A stretch of 63,332 nucleotides of DNA, counting the filler, from Octopus bimaculoides (taxonomy: Eukaryota): NCBI RefSeq assembly GCF_001194135.2. It is 6 parts of 5 records of this genome, joined end to end, with 100 filler letters (N's around TTAATTAATTAA, not from the genome) between each part and the next. Parts side by side here need not be neighbours in the genome. Positions count along the whole stretch, not along the records: positions 1 to 28,747 come from NC_068991.1; 5 more parts are not named here. The stretch is one strand, 5' to 3'. A program made the translations under genes and the position numbers. Below are positions 14,191 to 26,482 of the stretch, one piece after another (the first letter of the stretch is position 1; the number at the start of each line of letters is the position of its first letter). The notes under the pieces are model-generated. The model saw nothing but the letters and a program-made list of their open reading frames with translations, did not search any database and was not told the DNA's origin.

Positions 14191-14278
14191 GTACCTTGAT
14201 GATGTTGCGTTACACCATCTCATTGATGCCTTATGCAAACTCTCTTCTGAATCAATGGAATTAGCTTATTCAAACAGG
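14191..14278 (+). CDS. MON2: Internal exon of MON2 homolog (Golgi/endosome trafficking, Sec7/ARF-GEF-like family)
   Basis: Acceptor ttttacag|G at 14190/14191 and donor AGG|gtaagt at 14278/14279. It encodes [29 protein letters not shown], which matches the human MON2 segment as I recall it ([30 protein letters not shown]). Identification is from memory; BLASTP would confirm. Confidence 0.88.
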
Positions 14279-14354
14279 GTAAGTACACCACTTCCTAGTT
14301 CATAAACTAACGGTACATATATATACGCTGGGGGCATGTAAAAAAATCAACTTT

Positions 14355-14755
14355 TGAACGTTGGGCCTGATGGAGGCAAAGTACCTGAGTTCTTTTCGAG
14401 CATTGGGCCTCACGGAAGCAAAGTGGCTGAGTTCCTTTCAAGTGTTGGGCCTCATGGAGGCAATGACCGAGACCTTTGGCATTATTTTGTGCTTGAGAAA
14501 AAGATGTATCAAGCCGAGCAGAATCACAGTTGTGGCCGATACCAGTGTCTTGCAAATGGCACCCAGGCTGGTGGCATGTAAAAGCACCCATGACATTCTT
14601 GGAGTGGTTTTTGTGAGGAAAGGCATCCAGCTGTACAAAACCATTCCAAATTAGACTGGAACCTGGCGCAACCTCCCAGCTCTTCAGCCCAGTCAAACTG
14701 TCCAACCCATGGACAATGGATATTAAATGATGATGATGATGATGATAATGATGAT
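14355..14755 (+). mobile_element. 5'-truncated RTE LINE copy with 42-bp triplication
   Basis: TTGGGCCT units at 14361, 14403 and 14445, then the GACCTTTGG...GAGAA C-terminal remnant, 3'UTR and (GAT)n tail. Confidence 0.85.
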
Positions 14756-14851
14756 ATATATNNNNNNNNNNNNNNNNNNNNNNNNNNNNNNNNNNNNNNN
14801 NNNNNNNNNNNNNNNNNNNNNNNNNNNNNNNNNNNNNNNNNNNNNNNNNNN

Positions 14852-14882
<31 letters not shown>

Positions 14883-15299
14883 CATAAATAGAAGATTCAA
14901 AAATTGCACATGTGCGTGACAAAGGAACACATGGAAAATACACACACAAGACAGTTATGCTCTCATTATCAGTTACAAAGTAAACATCATAACAGCTTCA
15001 CCTCTTATATATATGAGTGTATATATTGTTTTTCTCTGGGATGAACAGATTCGTGTCTTGTGTAGTTATTAATTCTTTTGTAAAATGGACACATAAATGT
15101 GTTCCCATTTTCCAAGTTTGCTTTGCTTGTATATACATACATGCAAGCATAAGTGTACAAATATCTGAAAAATCATTCATGGACTTTGCAGAAAATATGA
15201 TCTACATTCACAAGTGAAGTTGGACAATGATGCACCTGTTTCAGTTTAATATATGTCATCAGTTTAGCATGATATCTACTTAGGTTTGTTTTGATGGTC

Positions 15300-15960
15300 A
15301 TCATCGTTGTTGCCAACATCATGGTGTGTCCGTTTTCCGTGCTGGCCTGGGTTGGCCGGTTTGACTGAGGACTGGCAAGCCAGGCTCCAGTCTGATCTGG
15401 CAAGGTTCCTACAGCTGGATGCCCTTCCTAATGACAACCACTCCAAGAGTGTAGTGGGTGCTGTTTACATACCACCAGCATGGGAGCCAGTTAGGCAGTA
15501 CTGCCATCGATCATGTTCAAATGGTGCTTTTTATGTGCCACCAGCATGGGAGCCAATCAGGGGGTACTGGCATCAACTATGTTCAGATGGTGCTTTTTAT
15601 GTGCCACCAGCACAGGAGCCAATCAGGTTGCACTGGCATCAACCCACACTTGAATAATGCTTATTACATGCCACCAGCACAGGTGCCAGTGAGGTGGGAC
15701 TGGCATCGGCCATGACTACGATTTCACTTGCCTCAAGAGGTCTCCTCAAGGACAGCATATCGTCTGACAATTCAAGGGTGCTTTTAAATGGGCTGGTCAT
15801 GTGACACTGGCATCGGTCACAGCTGTGATCTCACTTTACTTGCCGAGTCTTCTCAATCACAATATATCTCCAAAAGTCTTGGTCTCCTGTCATTGCCTCT
15901 GTGAGGCCCAACATTCAAAGGTCATGCTTCACCACCTCATCCCATGTCTTTCTGGGTTAG
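15300..15960 (-). mobile_element. 5'-truncated RTE LINE copy
   Basis: The minus strand reads RKTWDEVVKHDL*MLGLTEAMTGDQDFWRYIVIEKTRQ, then the tandem AAAAGCACC 3'UTR and a short (GAT)n-like tail. Confidence 0.85.
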
Positions 15961-16361
15961 TAACAAATATTTTTATGTACTGAAAAATGATGAATAATGT
16001 TTGGCTGATTTAAGTTTTAATATCACATTTTGTTTTGTTCAGATTTGCTGTTTCATTAAACATATTGTTATTTTAAAACGAATTTACTTCTTACCAGATG
16101 TTATTGAACTTGGTTACACATATCTTGGTTTCTCACTTTCAAAAATTACAAGTCACCAGAGTGTGTTTATTAAATTTAAAATTCTTTTATTGCTCTGCTT
16201 ATGTCTATAAAATTCTCTATTAATGTCCATTGTAGGAAAATAAATTTGCTCCTGAACATAATATCAGACGTGAAGTCAGTGCAAAGACGCTTTATGAAAC
16301 ACCTCACACACACACACGTGCATACACACACACACACATGCATACACACACACCACATATA

Positions 16362-16400
<39 letters not shown>

Positions 16401-16701
16401 NNNNNNNNNNNNNNNNNNNNNNNNNNNNNNNNNNNNNNNNNNNNNNNNNNNNNNNNNNNNNNNNNNNNNNNNNNNNNNNNNNNNNNNNNNNNNNNNNNNN
16501 NNNNNNNNNNNNNNNNNNNNNNNNNNNNNNNNNNNNNNNNNNNNNNNNNNNNNNNNNNNNNNNNNNNNNNNNNNNNNNNNNNNNNNNNNNNNNNNNNNNN
16601 NNNNNNNNNNNNNNNNNNNNNNNNNNNNNNNNNNNNNNNNNNNNNNNNNNNNNNNNNNNNNNNNNNNNNNNNNNNNNNNNNNNNNNNNNNNNNNNNNNNN
16701 N

Positions 16702-16732
<31 letters not shown>

Positions 16733-17394
16733 AATTTGCACATTATACTTATATATTGGATATTTCTTAGATTAGCATCATGTGTAAAATTATTGAATCT
16801 TTATTGTCGGTGAGAATACTGTCCCACTTGATCTTTGGTTGGATTTTCTTTTTGTGAATACTGCATCAATACATTACACTTTACCTGCACAAAAGTAACT
16901 ACTTGTAGGTACTGAGCGGATATCTCTATATCTGCATCTATCTCTGTCTGTCCATTCAAATGCATCAGTATTTGTTCAGGTTGCCTGTTTTTGAATAGAA
17001 AATTCTTCACAAAGCAGTGATTAATCTGATGAACTATTTGAAGTTATCTTTGGAACGAAAAATGATTTATTACGATTAATCTGATTTTATAGGCTTGAAA
17101 TACCATTTAAAAAAAATATATTTTGTTATAGAAAGACTGAATAACTCATCTTTATCACCATTTTACATCTACTTTCCCATGCCTCAATGGGTTTGACAGT
17201 TTTTCCGAGGTAGGATTTTATGGCCTGTTGCTAATCCTTTGTTGTATGTATTCTAAAATTGGGATACACTCAGTAAGATAGTAAGGTTAGATAGTTAAAA
17301 TAATATTTATTTACAGTTGTATATTTAAGAGATGAGGAATTATTTACATTATTTACATTTGACAGATATTTGTCCTAAATCTTGTTTGTTGTTA

Positions 17395-17438
17395 ACACAA
17401 CATTTCGGCTGATAGACCCTCCAGCCTTCATCAGGTGT
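17395..17438 (-). ncRNA. Minimal type-I hammerhead ribozyme motif
   Basis: The minus strand reads ACAC-CTGATGA-A-GGCTG-GAGGGTCTAT-CAGCC-GAAA-TG-TT-GTGT: intact core, 5-bp helix II and 4-bp helix I. Helix III is ATGT here and ACGT in the mirror copy. Confidence 0.75.
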
Positions 17439-17486
17439 GTTGTGGAAATTTCGAACCTGGGTTCTCATTCCTAAGGTATTTTTCGA

Positions 17487-17530
<44 letters not shown>

Positions 17531-17782
17531 TCACTGCCTGGAATCGAACTCGGAATCTTGGTGTTAGTAGCCTGTGCTCTTAACCACTATGCCACATGCC
17601 TGTGGGCAATTATGGAGTGAATTTTAGGGCTTATAAATCTATTATTTTTCTATCCTTCTGGTATTAAGGAAAGATAGGAAAATATTAGATTTATAAGCCC
17701 TAAAATTCACTAATAATAATAATAACAACAACATCAAAAAATACCTTAGGAAATAAGAACCCAGATTCGAAATTTCCCCAAG

Positions 17783-17826
17783 ACATCTAATGAAGGCTGG
17801 AGGGTATATCAACCAAAACGTTGTGT
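17783..17826 (+). ncRNA. Degraded mirror copy of the 17395-17438 hammerhead
   Basis: ACAT-CTAATGA-A-GGCTG-GAGGGTATAT-CAACC-AAAA-CG-TT-GTGT, with core substitutions (CUGAUGA>CUAAUGA, GAAA>AAAA); probably inactive. Confidence 0.6.
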
Positions 17827-18125
17827 TAACAACAAACAAGATTTAGGATAGAAACGGTGTAGAAGCCTATATATTGTATGTGTGTGTGTGTGTGTTTTAG
17901 TATTTGTGTTTGTCTCTTCCTCATTGCTTGTCAACCAGTGTTAGTTTGTTTACATACTTGTTACTTAGTAATTTAGCAAAGATTAATAGAACAAGTACTA
18001 GACTTATTAGAAATAAGGCCTGTGGTTGCTTTATTCAGTTAAGCTCTTCAAAGCTGCAGTTCAGTGACTGAAACAAGTAAAAGATAAAAGATTAGAAAAT
18101 AACCAAAAGCATCTGACCATAGAAT

Positions 18126-18480
18126 CATCATCATCATCATCATCATCGTTTAACATCCGTTTTCCATGCTAGCATGGGTTGGATGATTTGATTGAGGACT
18201 GGTGAACCAGATGGCTACACCAGGCTCCAATCTGATTTGGCAGAGTTTCTACAGCTGGATGCCCTTCCTAACACCAACCACTCCGAGAGTGTAGTGGGTG
18301 CTTTTATGTTCCACCGGCACAAAGGCCAGTCAGGCAGTACTGGTAACGGCCACGCTCAAAATGATGTATTTTACGTGCCACCTGCACAGGAGCCAGTCCA
18401 GTGGCACTGGCAAAGATCTCGCTCGAATGACTCTTCATGTGCCACCGGCACAAGTGCCAGGAAGGCGACGCTGGTAACGA
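18126..18480 (-). mobile_element. RTE LINE 3'UTR copy
   Basis: Same (CAT)n-CGTTTAAC...CAGCTGGATGCCCTTCC body as the other copies. Confidence 0.8.
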
Positions 18481-19037
18481 TGCCATCTAAAAAAAAATAT
18501 AATCTCTCATCCATGACAGCATGGATTAGTGTATGTAAAACCTATGATGGCAAGGACAATTGCTATTGTTTGTACTCTTAAATGTATTTGTTTGAAAGAA
18601 ACAGGTTTAATTTCTCTCAGCTAGAATCATATTATTTAGACAGGAAATTAATTGGTTACATTGATATTTCATTTAGATTGTTAAATATTTGTAATGAGCA
18701 TTAAGATTGCCATGAATGTTTGAATTCAATAGAATGATTATACAGTTTTTGTCACTGTCTAGCAAATTATTTAATCACACTCATTAATTAGAATTCAAGC
18801 AGATATTACAGTTTATAAATTAGCTTTCATCGATGTTTATTCTTTCTTCTAATTATTCGATTTTGTTCGTTGGTTTGTGTGTGTGTGTGTGTGTGTGTTT
18901 TCTCTCCTGCTAACATCTTTGTCTTCTTGCCATTATTCCTCTTCGATTTTTAAAATTTTATTTGTGATGGTGCTCCAATATGCCATAAGCAAATTGTCTA
19001 AAACTGTCGAGGAAAAAAAGATGGGAAATATATATAT

Positions 19038-19078
<41 letters not shown>

Positions 19079-19336
19079 TATATGTGTCAATGCCCTTTGA
19101 TTTGTAATCACACTCACACATAGATATATGTATTCAAATATATGTATATATATACACACATATGCATATATACACACACATATATATGTATAGATATGAA
19201 TATGTATTTACATACATACACACACACACACATACACGCACGCATAGATAGATAGATATATGTATTCATATATTGCGTACTGCAATCATTTTTGAAATCC
19301 GTGTTGCTTATTGTTTGATATATATATATATATATA

Positions 19337-19700
19337 TCATCATCATCATCATCGTTTAACGTCCGCTTTCCATGCTAGCATGGGTTGGCAGAGTTTCTAC
19401 AGCTGGATGCCCTTCCTAACGCCAACCACTCAGAGAGTGTAGTGGGTGCTTTTACGTGTCACCCGCACGAAAACGGCCACGCTTGAAATGGTGTCTTTTA
19501 TGTGCCACCCGCACAAGCCAGTCCAGGGGCACTGGCAACGATCTCGCTCGAAAATCCTACAGGAGCCAGTCAGGCGGTACTGGCAACGGCCACGCTCAAA
19601 ATGGTGCATCTCATGTGCCACCCGCACAAGAACCAGTCCAGGGGCACTGGCAACGATCTTACTTGGCTTGCCGGGTCTTCTCACGCACAGCACATTTCCA
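19337..19700 (-). mobile_element. RTE LINE 3' copy
   Basis: Same 3'UTR; its 5' end encodes WKCAVREKTRQAK*. Confidence 0.85.
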
Positions 19701-21349
19701 TATATATATATATACATATATGCAAACATATGCACTCATATACATGCACATACATATATACACATACATACATATATATGTATAGATATGAATATGTATT
19801 TACACACACACACACACATATATCTATACACAAACATATGCACCTATATATACACACGCACACACATACACACACGCTCATATATATGTTTAGATACGAA
19901 TATGTATTTACGTACACACACACACATACACACACGCTCATATATATGTTTAGATACGAATATGTATTTACGTACACACACACACACACACACACACACT
20001 ATGACATTGAAGCACATACCACAAGCAATTTTTTTCTTTTCGCTAACTAATCTGATCTTTTGCTGAATATATTAACCACACTGTCTAGTCTTGGTATTTT
20101 AAAATAATGTTTCACTCTATGCATGTCAATATTGTTTTTGCCAATGGACACAATGAATGAAGCCCAGTCTTGTGTTTCGGATAAAATTGGTTCACTGTAT
20201 TAATGTCGCCTCTGCCCTTAATGACTCATCATCGTTCATGCATATCTTCTGTATTGGTATTGGTTGGCCAGATTATACAATCCTAATTTGTTCTTAATCA
20301 GTTATTACCATTATCAATGGGTTGGATAAGCATATTTTGCTTGTACCTTCCATTTTGATGTTGTTTCTTATGGCTGGCAACCTTTCCTAAGATTAACCAT
20401 TTTACAGAATTGGCACCAGTGGTATTAATGTTGTTATAGCCTTGTCACAGCCAAAGAGTCTACATTACACTGCTTTTGTCTTCTTTTGAATGCTCCCTGC
20501 CTTACTTCACAGAGGGTCCTGTGTGCATGGTGTCATGGCATCAAAGCTAACGATATTGTGTTGCCTTCTGCAAATCTTGGGAGTCCTCTGTAGTCTTTGT
20601 AGTCTCCATTGTTTTCAAGACAAAATAGAATTGGAATGATGACCATGTGTATGAAAGAGGGGAGTGTAAGGATGAGAGTGTGACAATGGACAGAAAAGAG
20701 AGTGCTGAAATGGTAGGGGAGGGAGGAAAGGAAGAGAGACAGTGATAGTTGTCATGCATTGGTTGTTGGTTGTTTGAGGTTAAACAAAGAAAATGCAAAA
20801 GTGGTTTGATGGGATTGCAAGTGTGTGCCATGGTAAAAGAGGGTGAGCAATGAAGAGCAACAAGGATGGGTGATGATAAGGGTGGTAGACAGTGATAGCT
20901 ATATGATGGCTTTTAATGGGAGTTTGAACAGAAAATGGCAGTAGTTACATGTTGGGATAGCAATGAAGATGTGTCATGGTAAAAAAGAATGAGCAATGGA
21001 GAGCAACATGGAGGAGAGAGGGAGAAAATGGTGGTGACCTGTAGAAAGTGATTGATGGTGGTACTTAATACTAATAGATTTGATGCCATTCCCCACCAGT
21101 GTGTTGCACAGGTATTCTAGTGAAAGAGAAGAGAGGCAGAGTGGCGGTAGGAGAAAGGTAGGATGATAGTCAAAAAAGGTAATGGTAGAAGGATTATTAC
21201 AGACAAATCAGGTGCCATCTCAAATTACACAGGTGACACATTGAAGAAAATAAAGAGTGAGAAGGTAACAAACAGGATATTGGATAAGACTTCACATGAG
21301 TATTAACACGAGTATACTCGGCCAGAGACTCAGTGATTTATATTCCAAA

Positions 21350-21722
21350 CCCCATCACCATACATGCAAGCATCACACAATTTATCCTTCATGTTGAGAA
21401 AGAAACTTTTTGTTGTTAACAGAAATGAGAGCTCTCTGATGGTTTCTCACCTTGTTTTTAGTGGATTGTCTATATTTTCAGTGCATTCACCTTCTCTGTT
21501 AATTAGGTCTCTTAGATAGCAGAAGCTATTAATTATGCTTTTTAGTGAATCTTCTAAGCATTCAAGGGAATTTATTTTACATGTATTCTTACAGCTAATT
21601 ACTCCTACACATCTGTCAAAAACAAAGTCTATTTTTTCTTTCAAACTGACTGTAGCGCCACCACACCTTTTGTGAATCCATCGTTTATGACGATTATAAT
21701 TCCTATGCATTTGTGCATTCAT
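21350..21722 (-). mobile_element. Decayed RTE-type LINE fragment with PHD-like Cys/His insert
   Basis: RWIHKRCGG...FVFDRCVG...INSFCYLRDLI...ECTENI, then after a frameshift RELSFLLTTKSFFLNMKDKLCDAC. Confidence 0.7.
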
Positions 21723-24700
21723 ATTTTCTAATTAGTTCTTCTGTAGACATTGCAAGTTTCATTCCTATGGAGAAAAATTATTATTTCCTACATGTGTTAT
21801 AAAATGGCTGATAGAGTGTGAATTATTTTGTTGTTACATTATGTTGTGTCTCTGAGCAAATCACTTATTTAAAAGGTTTCGTAAAATATCTATTACTTTT
21901 TTTGGCTTGACTGTTTAATTTTGGTGTGTTGGTGGTGGTTGTTTCCCTTTGCAGAAAAGCATTCTTTTGTTTTCGCTCACTTGTAGATCTGCTGTGTGTA
22001 TTTCAGTGGAACAAAAAGTCATGTAAGTTAACAAAAAGAAAAGAAACTTCACAGAGTCTCACATACTTTTTATTTTATTACTTAGCAATTTGAACAGCAG
22101 TTATATCACTTCAATTTTTGCCTCTTGAGAATAAGAATTAGATTGAATTGTGCTAACATTTTACTTTCATTCAAAACACTTAATTTTTAATACATTCTCA
22201 CACAAAAAGGAAAATTTTGATTTCTACAACCTTTAATTTAATTTTAAATAATTGGAAAAGCTCTGTAAATTGATGTAAGAATAATTTTCATGTATCTTTA
22301 GTCATCATATGTAGGAACCCTTCTATCAGTATTTTTCTCATCTTTTTTGTTTACTCAAGTACTTTAAAAAACAAAGTTTGCACTTTTCACATTTTGAACA
22401 ATATTCACAAATTTCCTTTGATTTTATATTTTTGAATTGGGACGCAGGTTTGGCTGTGTGGTTAACAAATTTGTTTTGCACCCCTGTTGTTTCTGGGTCC
22501 AGTCCCAGTGTATGTCAACATTGGGTATTGGGGCTTCTATAGCCTTGGCTGACCAATGCTTTGTATGCTCTGTGAATGTACATGTGCAGGTGTGTATGTG
22601 TGTGTGAGTTGTGTATCTTTCACTGATCTATCTTGGCATACGATTAAGATGAGACCCTAATGGAGAAAAACTACAAAAATAGTGTTTCCAAAGAAACATT
22701 CCTTGTGACATTTGTTCTACCCAAGCTTCATAGATAGTCCCCTGTGACTCACCTTTGTAAATACAGTGAATCAGTGTTTAGTCTGTTAGATGTAAAATAA
22801 ATAAATTAATTAATTAACGCAGCAAAAGATGCAGAATTCCATTGCATTGTAGTATTTGAATTATACCTGATTTTGGACAAATGCCTTCTACTTAGCCTCT
22901 GGTTGACCAATGCTTAGAGTGGAAACTGAGAAGAAGCCTCTCAGTGATGTATGCATGTGTTATGTGGATGTTGTTCTGTACATCTTTGTTAACACATCTG
23001 AGTGAATAAAAAAACAAACAGTGTTTTTGTTTACATTCTCCATTAAAATACAGCAGATAATGTCTAAGAACCAATGGAATGAGAAAGAAAATATACTTCA
23101 TTTGGTAAACAGAGAAGTGTTGTAACAGGAAAAGCTTGTGGCCATAGAAAATTGACCTCAGCAAGTTTTGAGTAACCAGGCCCAGCATAAAACATGTAAA
23201 AAAAGCAAATGAATTACTATTCAGTTTCATGGATGTTTTTTGTTCAGTATTACAAACATCGATTTGCTGTGTAAAGCCCTCATGCCAGGGCTTCCTGCCT
23301 AACCAGGTGTGGTTCTAATTTGCAATTTGATGGACTGAATTGGTGTGAGTTGTATGTCTTGGCCATGCACACAGTCACCCTCTGTGTGTCTCACATCTTT
23401 TGGCTACTCGCATCAATGTTCATGGAATTAGATAGAAAGTATGTCTCGATTTGTATTCTTGTTTTAATATCATATATAATCATCAGTAGTTGCTTCACGT
23501 ATGCTGTTTGTTGTACAGTTAAGTTAGTGCATACGTAATTAAATTCAGGAATTCAAACATCAAAAAAAAGCATAAATTATATCTGTGATAAAACAGTTTC
23601 AATTTCATGAATATCATTGTGCACATAACAACATTTATGTTACATTAATGTTAAAGGTAAAAATTATTAATGTTAGTTATGACAGCTGCTAATTTCTTAA
23701 TATTTTCTGTATCTATAAAACATTAGCTGCAACAGTATATATCTATCCAACCATTACACATAAGTTCTTGTATAGAATATCAAAACATGCAGAAAATACA
23801 TTAAGAAACATTTCAATAACATTATGTTTTGTAAAATATTAAGGAAAATAAAATGAATTGATTGAGTATTACATTTAATCTATAATATCACTTAGCATGG
23901 AATTTAATTTCTTGGTGAATATGGTTTTTCCGTTTCTGTTATTCTTCCACATTATATGTGTTTCTTCAACTGGAAACTCAGGGATTGGTTGTTTTTCATT
24001 ACTAATGGAATTCAAGTAACTTATTGGCTGTGGTTGTGCGTTGAGAAGTTGGTTTCCCAAGCCCATGGTTCCAAGTTCAGTCTTGGGTGTTTTCTACTAT
24101 AGCCTCGGGTCAACCAAAGCCTTGTGAGTGGATTTGATAGACTGAAACTGAAAGAGACCCGTTGTACATGCATGCATGCAGGCATGCACACACACACACA
24201 CTCATTTATGTATGTGTATGTGTCTTTGTATCTGTGGTTGTCCCTCATCCCTTTTTGACTAGATCGAAATTCACTTTGTTTCACTTGATATTGAAAATAA
24301 AGAATTTTGTAGAATGATGTCATTATTATGCTGGTATTTAAGGTGGCGAGCTCGCAGAATCATTAGCACGCTGGACGAAATGCTTAGCGATATTTCGTTG
24401 GTCTTTACGTTCTGAGTTCAAACTCTGCCAAGGTTGACTTTGCTTTTCATCCTTTTGGGGTAAAAAAAAATAGTACCAGTTATGCACTGGGGTTGATGTA
24501 ATCGACTTAATCCCTGCCCCCAAATTTCAGTCCTTCTGCTTCCAGTAGAAAGGATTATTACGCTGGTATTTGGAACATAAAGTAACATTTTCAGCAATTC
24601 AAAAATATTGATAATTAATACAATATTATTGAGGTAGATTTTCTTTGGCCACATGCCCTTCCTGTTGTCAACCTTTATGTTTCCAAGCAAGGTAAGGTTA

Positions 24701-24769
24701 CCCCATAGCCAGACATGGTTTCACAGAATATTGGAAATGAACAGAATTTATTTACAACTGTGCCAAGAC

Positions 24770-25072
24770 ATTTGAGCGAGATCGTTACCAGTGCCACTGG
24801 ACTGGCTCCTGTGCAGGTGGCACATAAAATACACCATTTTGAGCATGGCCGTTGCCAGTACCGCCTGACTGGCCTTCATGCCAGTGGCACGTAAAAGCAC
24901 CCACTACACTCTTGGAGTGGTTGGTGTTAGGAAGGGCATCCAGCTGTAGAAACTTTGCCAACTCAGATTGGAGCCTGGTGTAGACTCCTGGTTCACCAGT
25001 CCTCAGTCAGATTGTCCGAACCATGCTAGCATGGAAAGCGAACATTAAACGATGATGATGATGATGATGATG
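24770..25072 (+). mobile_element. RTE LINE 3'UTR copy
   Basis: GTAAAAGCACCCACTACACTC...GGCATCCAGCTG...ATTAAACGATGATGATG. Confidence 0.8.
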
Positions 25073-25869
25073 TGCAATGTCAAAACAAAGAGACACTGAT
25101 GCATTAGCACACCCACACACACACACACACACACACACATGCACAACAGGCTTCTTTCAGTTTTCTACCAAATTCATTTACAAGTCTTTGGCCAGTCCAG
25201 GGCTATTGTAGAAAACACTTGCTCAAGGTGCCACACAGTGGGATTGATCCTGAAACCATGTTTAGCACATACGCTTAACTTTGAAATAGAACTTTTTTCT
25301 GTATCCATAGAAATATCAGTGTGTGTACTTGTGTGTATGTCTGTAAGCGTAAGTCTGTATACACACATATATGTACGTTCTTTTGTGCATGTGAAAAGCA
25401 AGAATTATCACTTGGATCCAGAGATCTTTCACATGTATAGAGTTAAGATGAAGCTATATCAGCAATAGATAGGAATGAAATTATTTGAACAATCAACTAA
25501 TGGAGGCGTAAGTTAGGTTAACAGGAAATCAATATCTTAAGTGCACCGAATGCAACTCACTCATCAAGAATAAGTAAGTGACTATAAACCATGAACTGCT
25601 GTGGCAGTCCACTGTAGACTCTAGATAAACCATGTTGTCAAGGAGATTTTATCAGTGCTAAATGTGAATTTAATAGAAGATATGAATCATTTGTTTCTAC
25701 TAAATATTAAAGGCATTTGTGTTGCCACCTGGATATATATATGATATATGAAATGTTTGATATTGTATAATATCATAAGTTTCATATATCATAATAGTGA
25801 TATGTTGGCATTCAAAGCCCAACAAATATTAATTTGATTTCAGTTTGTTCATTTATGACGTCGTTGTCG

Positions 25870-25928
<59 letters not shown>

Positions 25929-26447
25929 ATCTTCAGTTTATGTCCACTTTCCATGCTGGGGGGCTGTCATGGTCCGTAAATTTCTTATTTGGAGTGACTT
26001 CTCCCTTCTAGGTGTCTTGCTTGCTCATTCTTTTTTTTTCTTTTGTGTGTATGGTTCCTGTGGCCGGATGCCATTCCTGACATCAACCACTTCACAGTGT
26101 CCATAGGGTGCATTTTATCATGGCATCAAACACTAAAGATGTTGCCATGACTTGGCATGATCAATGCACTCTCTTCGAATTCTCCTGCCTTCATTCATTC
26201 ATCAATCCTTTTATGACTTGCTTGAACAGGGTGCATTTGATCATGGCACCAACATTCGGGAGGATGCCCTGTCCTCTTTGCAAGACCAGGACTAAACAAT
26301 TCTGTTGACTCTGCATTGTTTGTATTTTTCCCAAGTCAAGAGAGTGAAGAAAAGGGTGTGATGACTGAGGTAGTGGAGGAGATGAGGGTATGAGTAAGTC
26401 AAGATAAATAGCTTATATTGATGGGTACATTCCTAGGATATGATGGG

Positions 26448-26479
<32 letters not shown>

Positions 26480-26482
<3 letters not shown>

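Larger units (their letters stand above)
17310..17850. mobile_element. Palindromic composite: tRNA-like head + (AAT)n + hammerhead body, mirrored about a central hairpin
   Basis: The left arm (~17375-17525) is the reverse complement of the right arm (~17712-17850). A tRNA-like head with A box (TGGCATAGTGG) and B box (GAGTTCGATTCC) lies at 17527-17600 (-). A perfect 26-bp inverted repeat sits at 17616-17641/17686-17711. Confidence 0.75.

Noticed and set aside
17015-17065. CTGATGA...GAAA in AT-rich DNA
   Set aside because: No helix II pairing between the motifs.
17527-17600. tRNA gene
   Set aside because: The acceptor and anticodon stems do not close properly; it is better explained as a SINE head. 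The same applies to heads at 32950-33021, 49560-49632 and 58866-58915.
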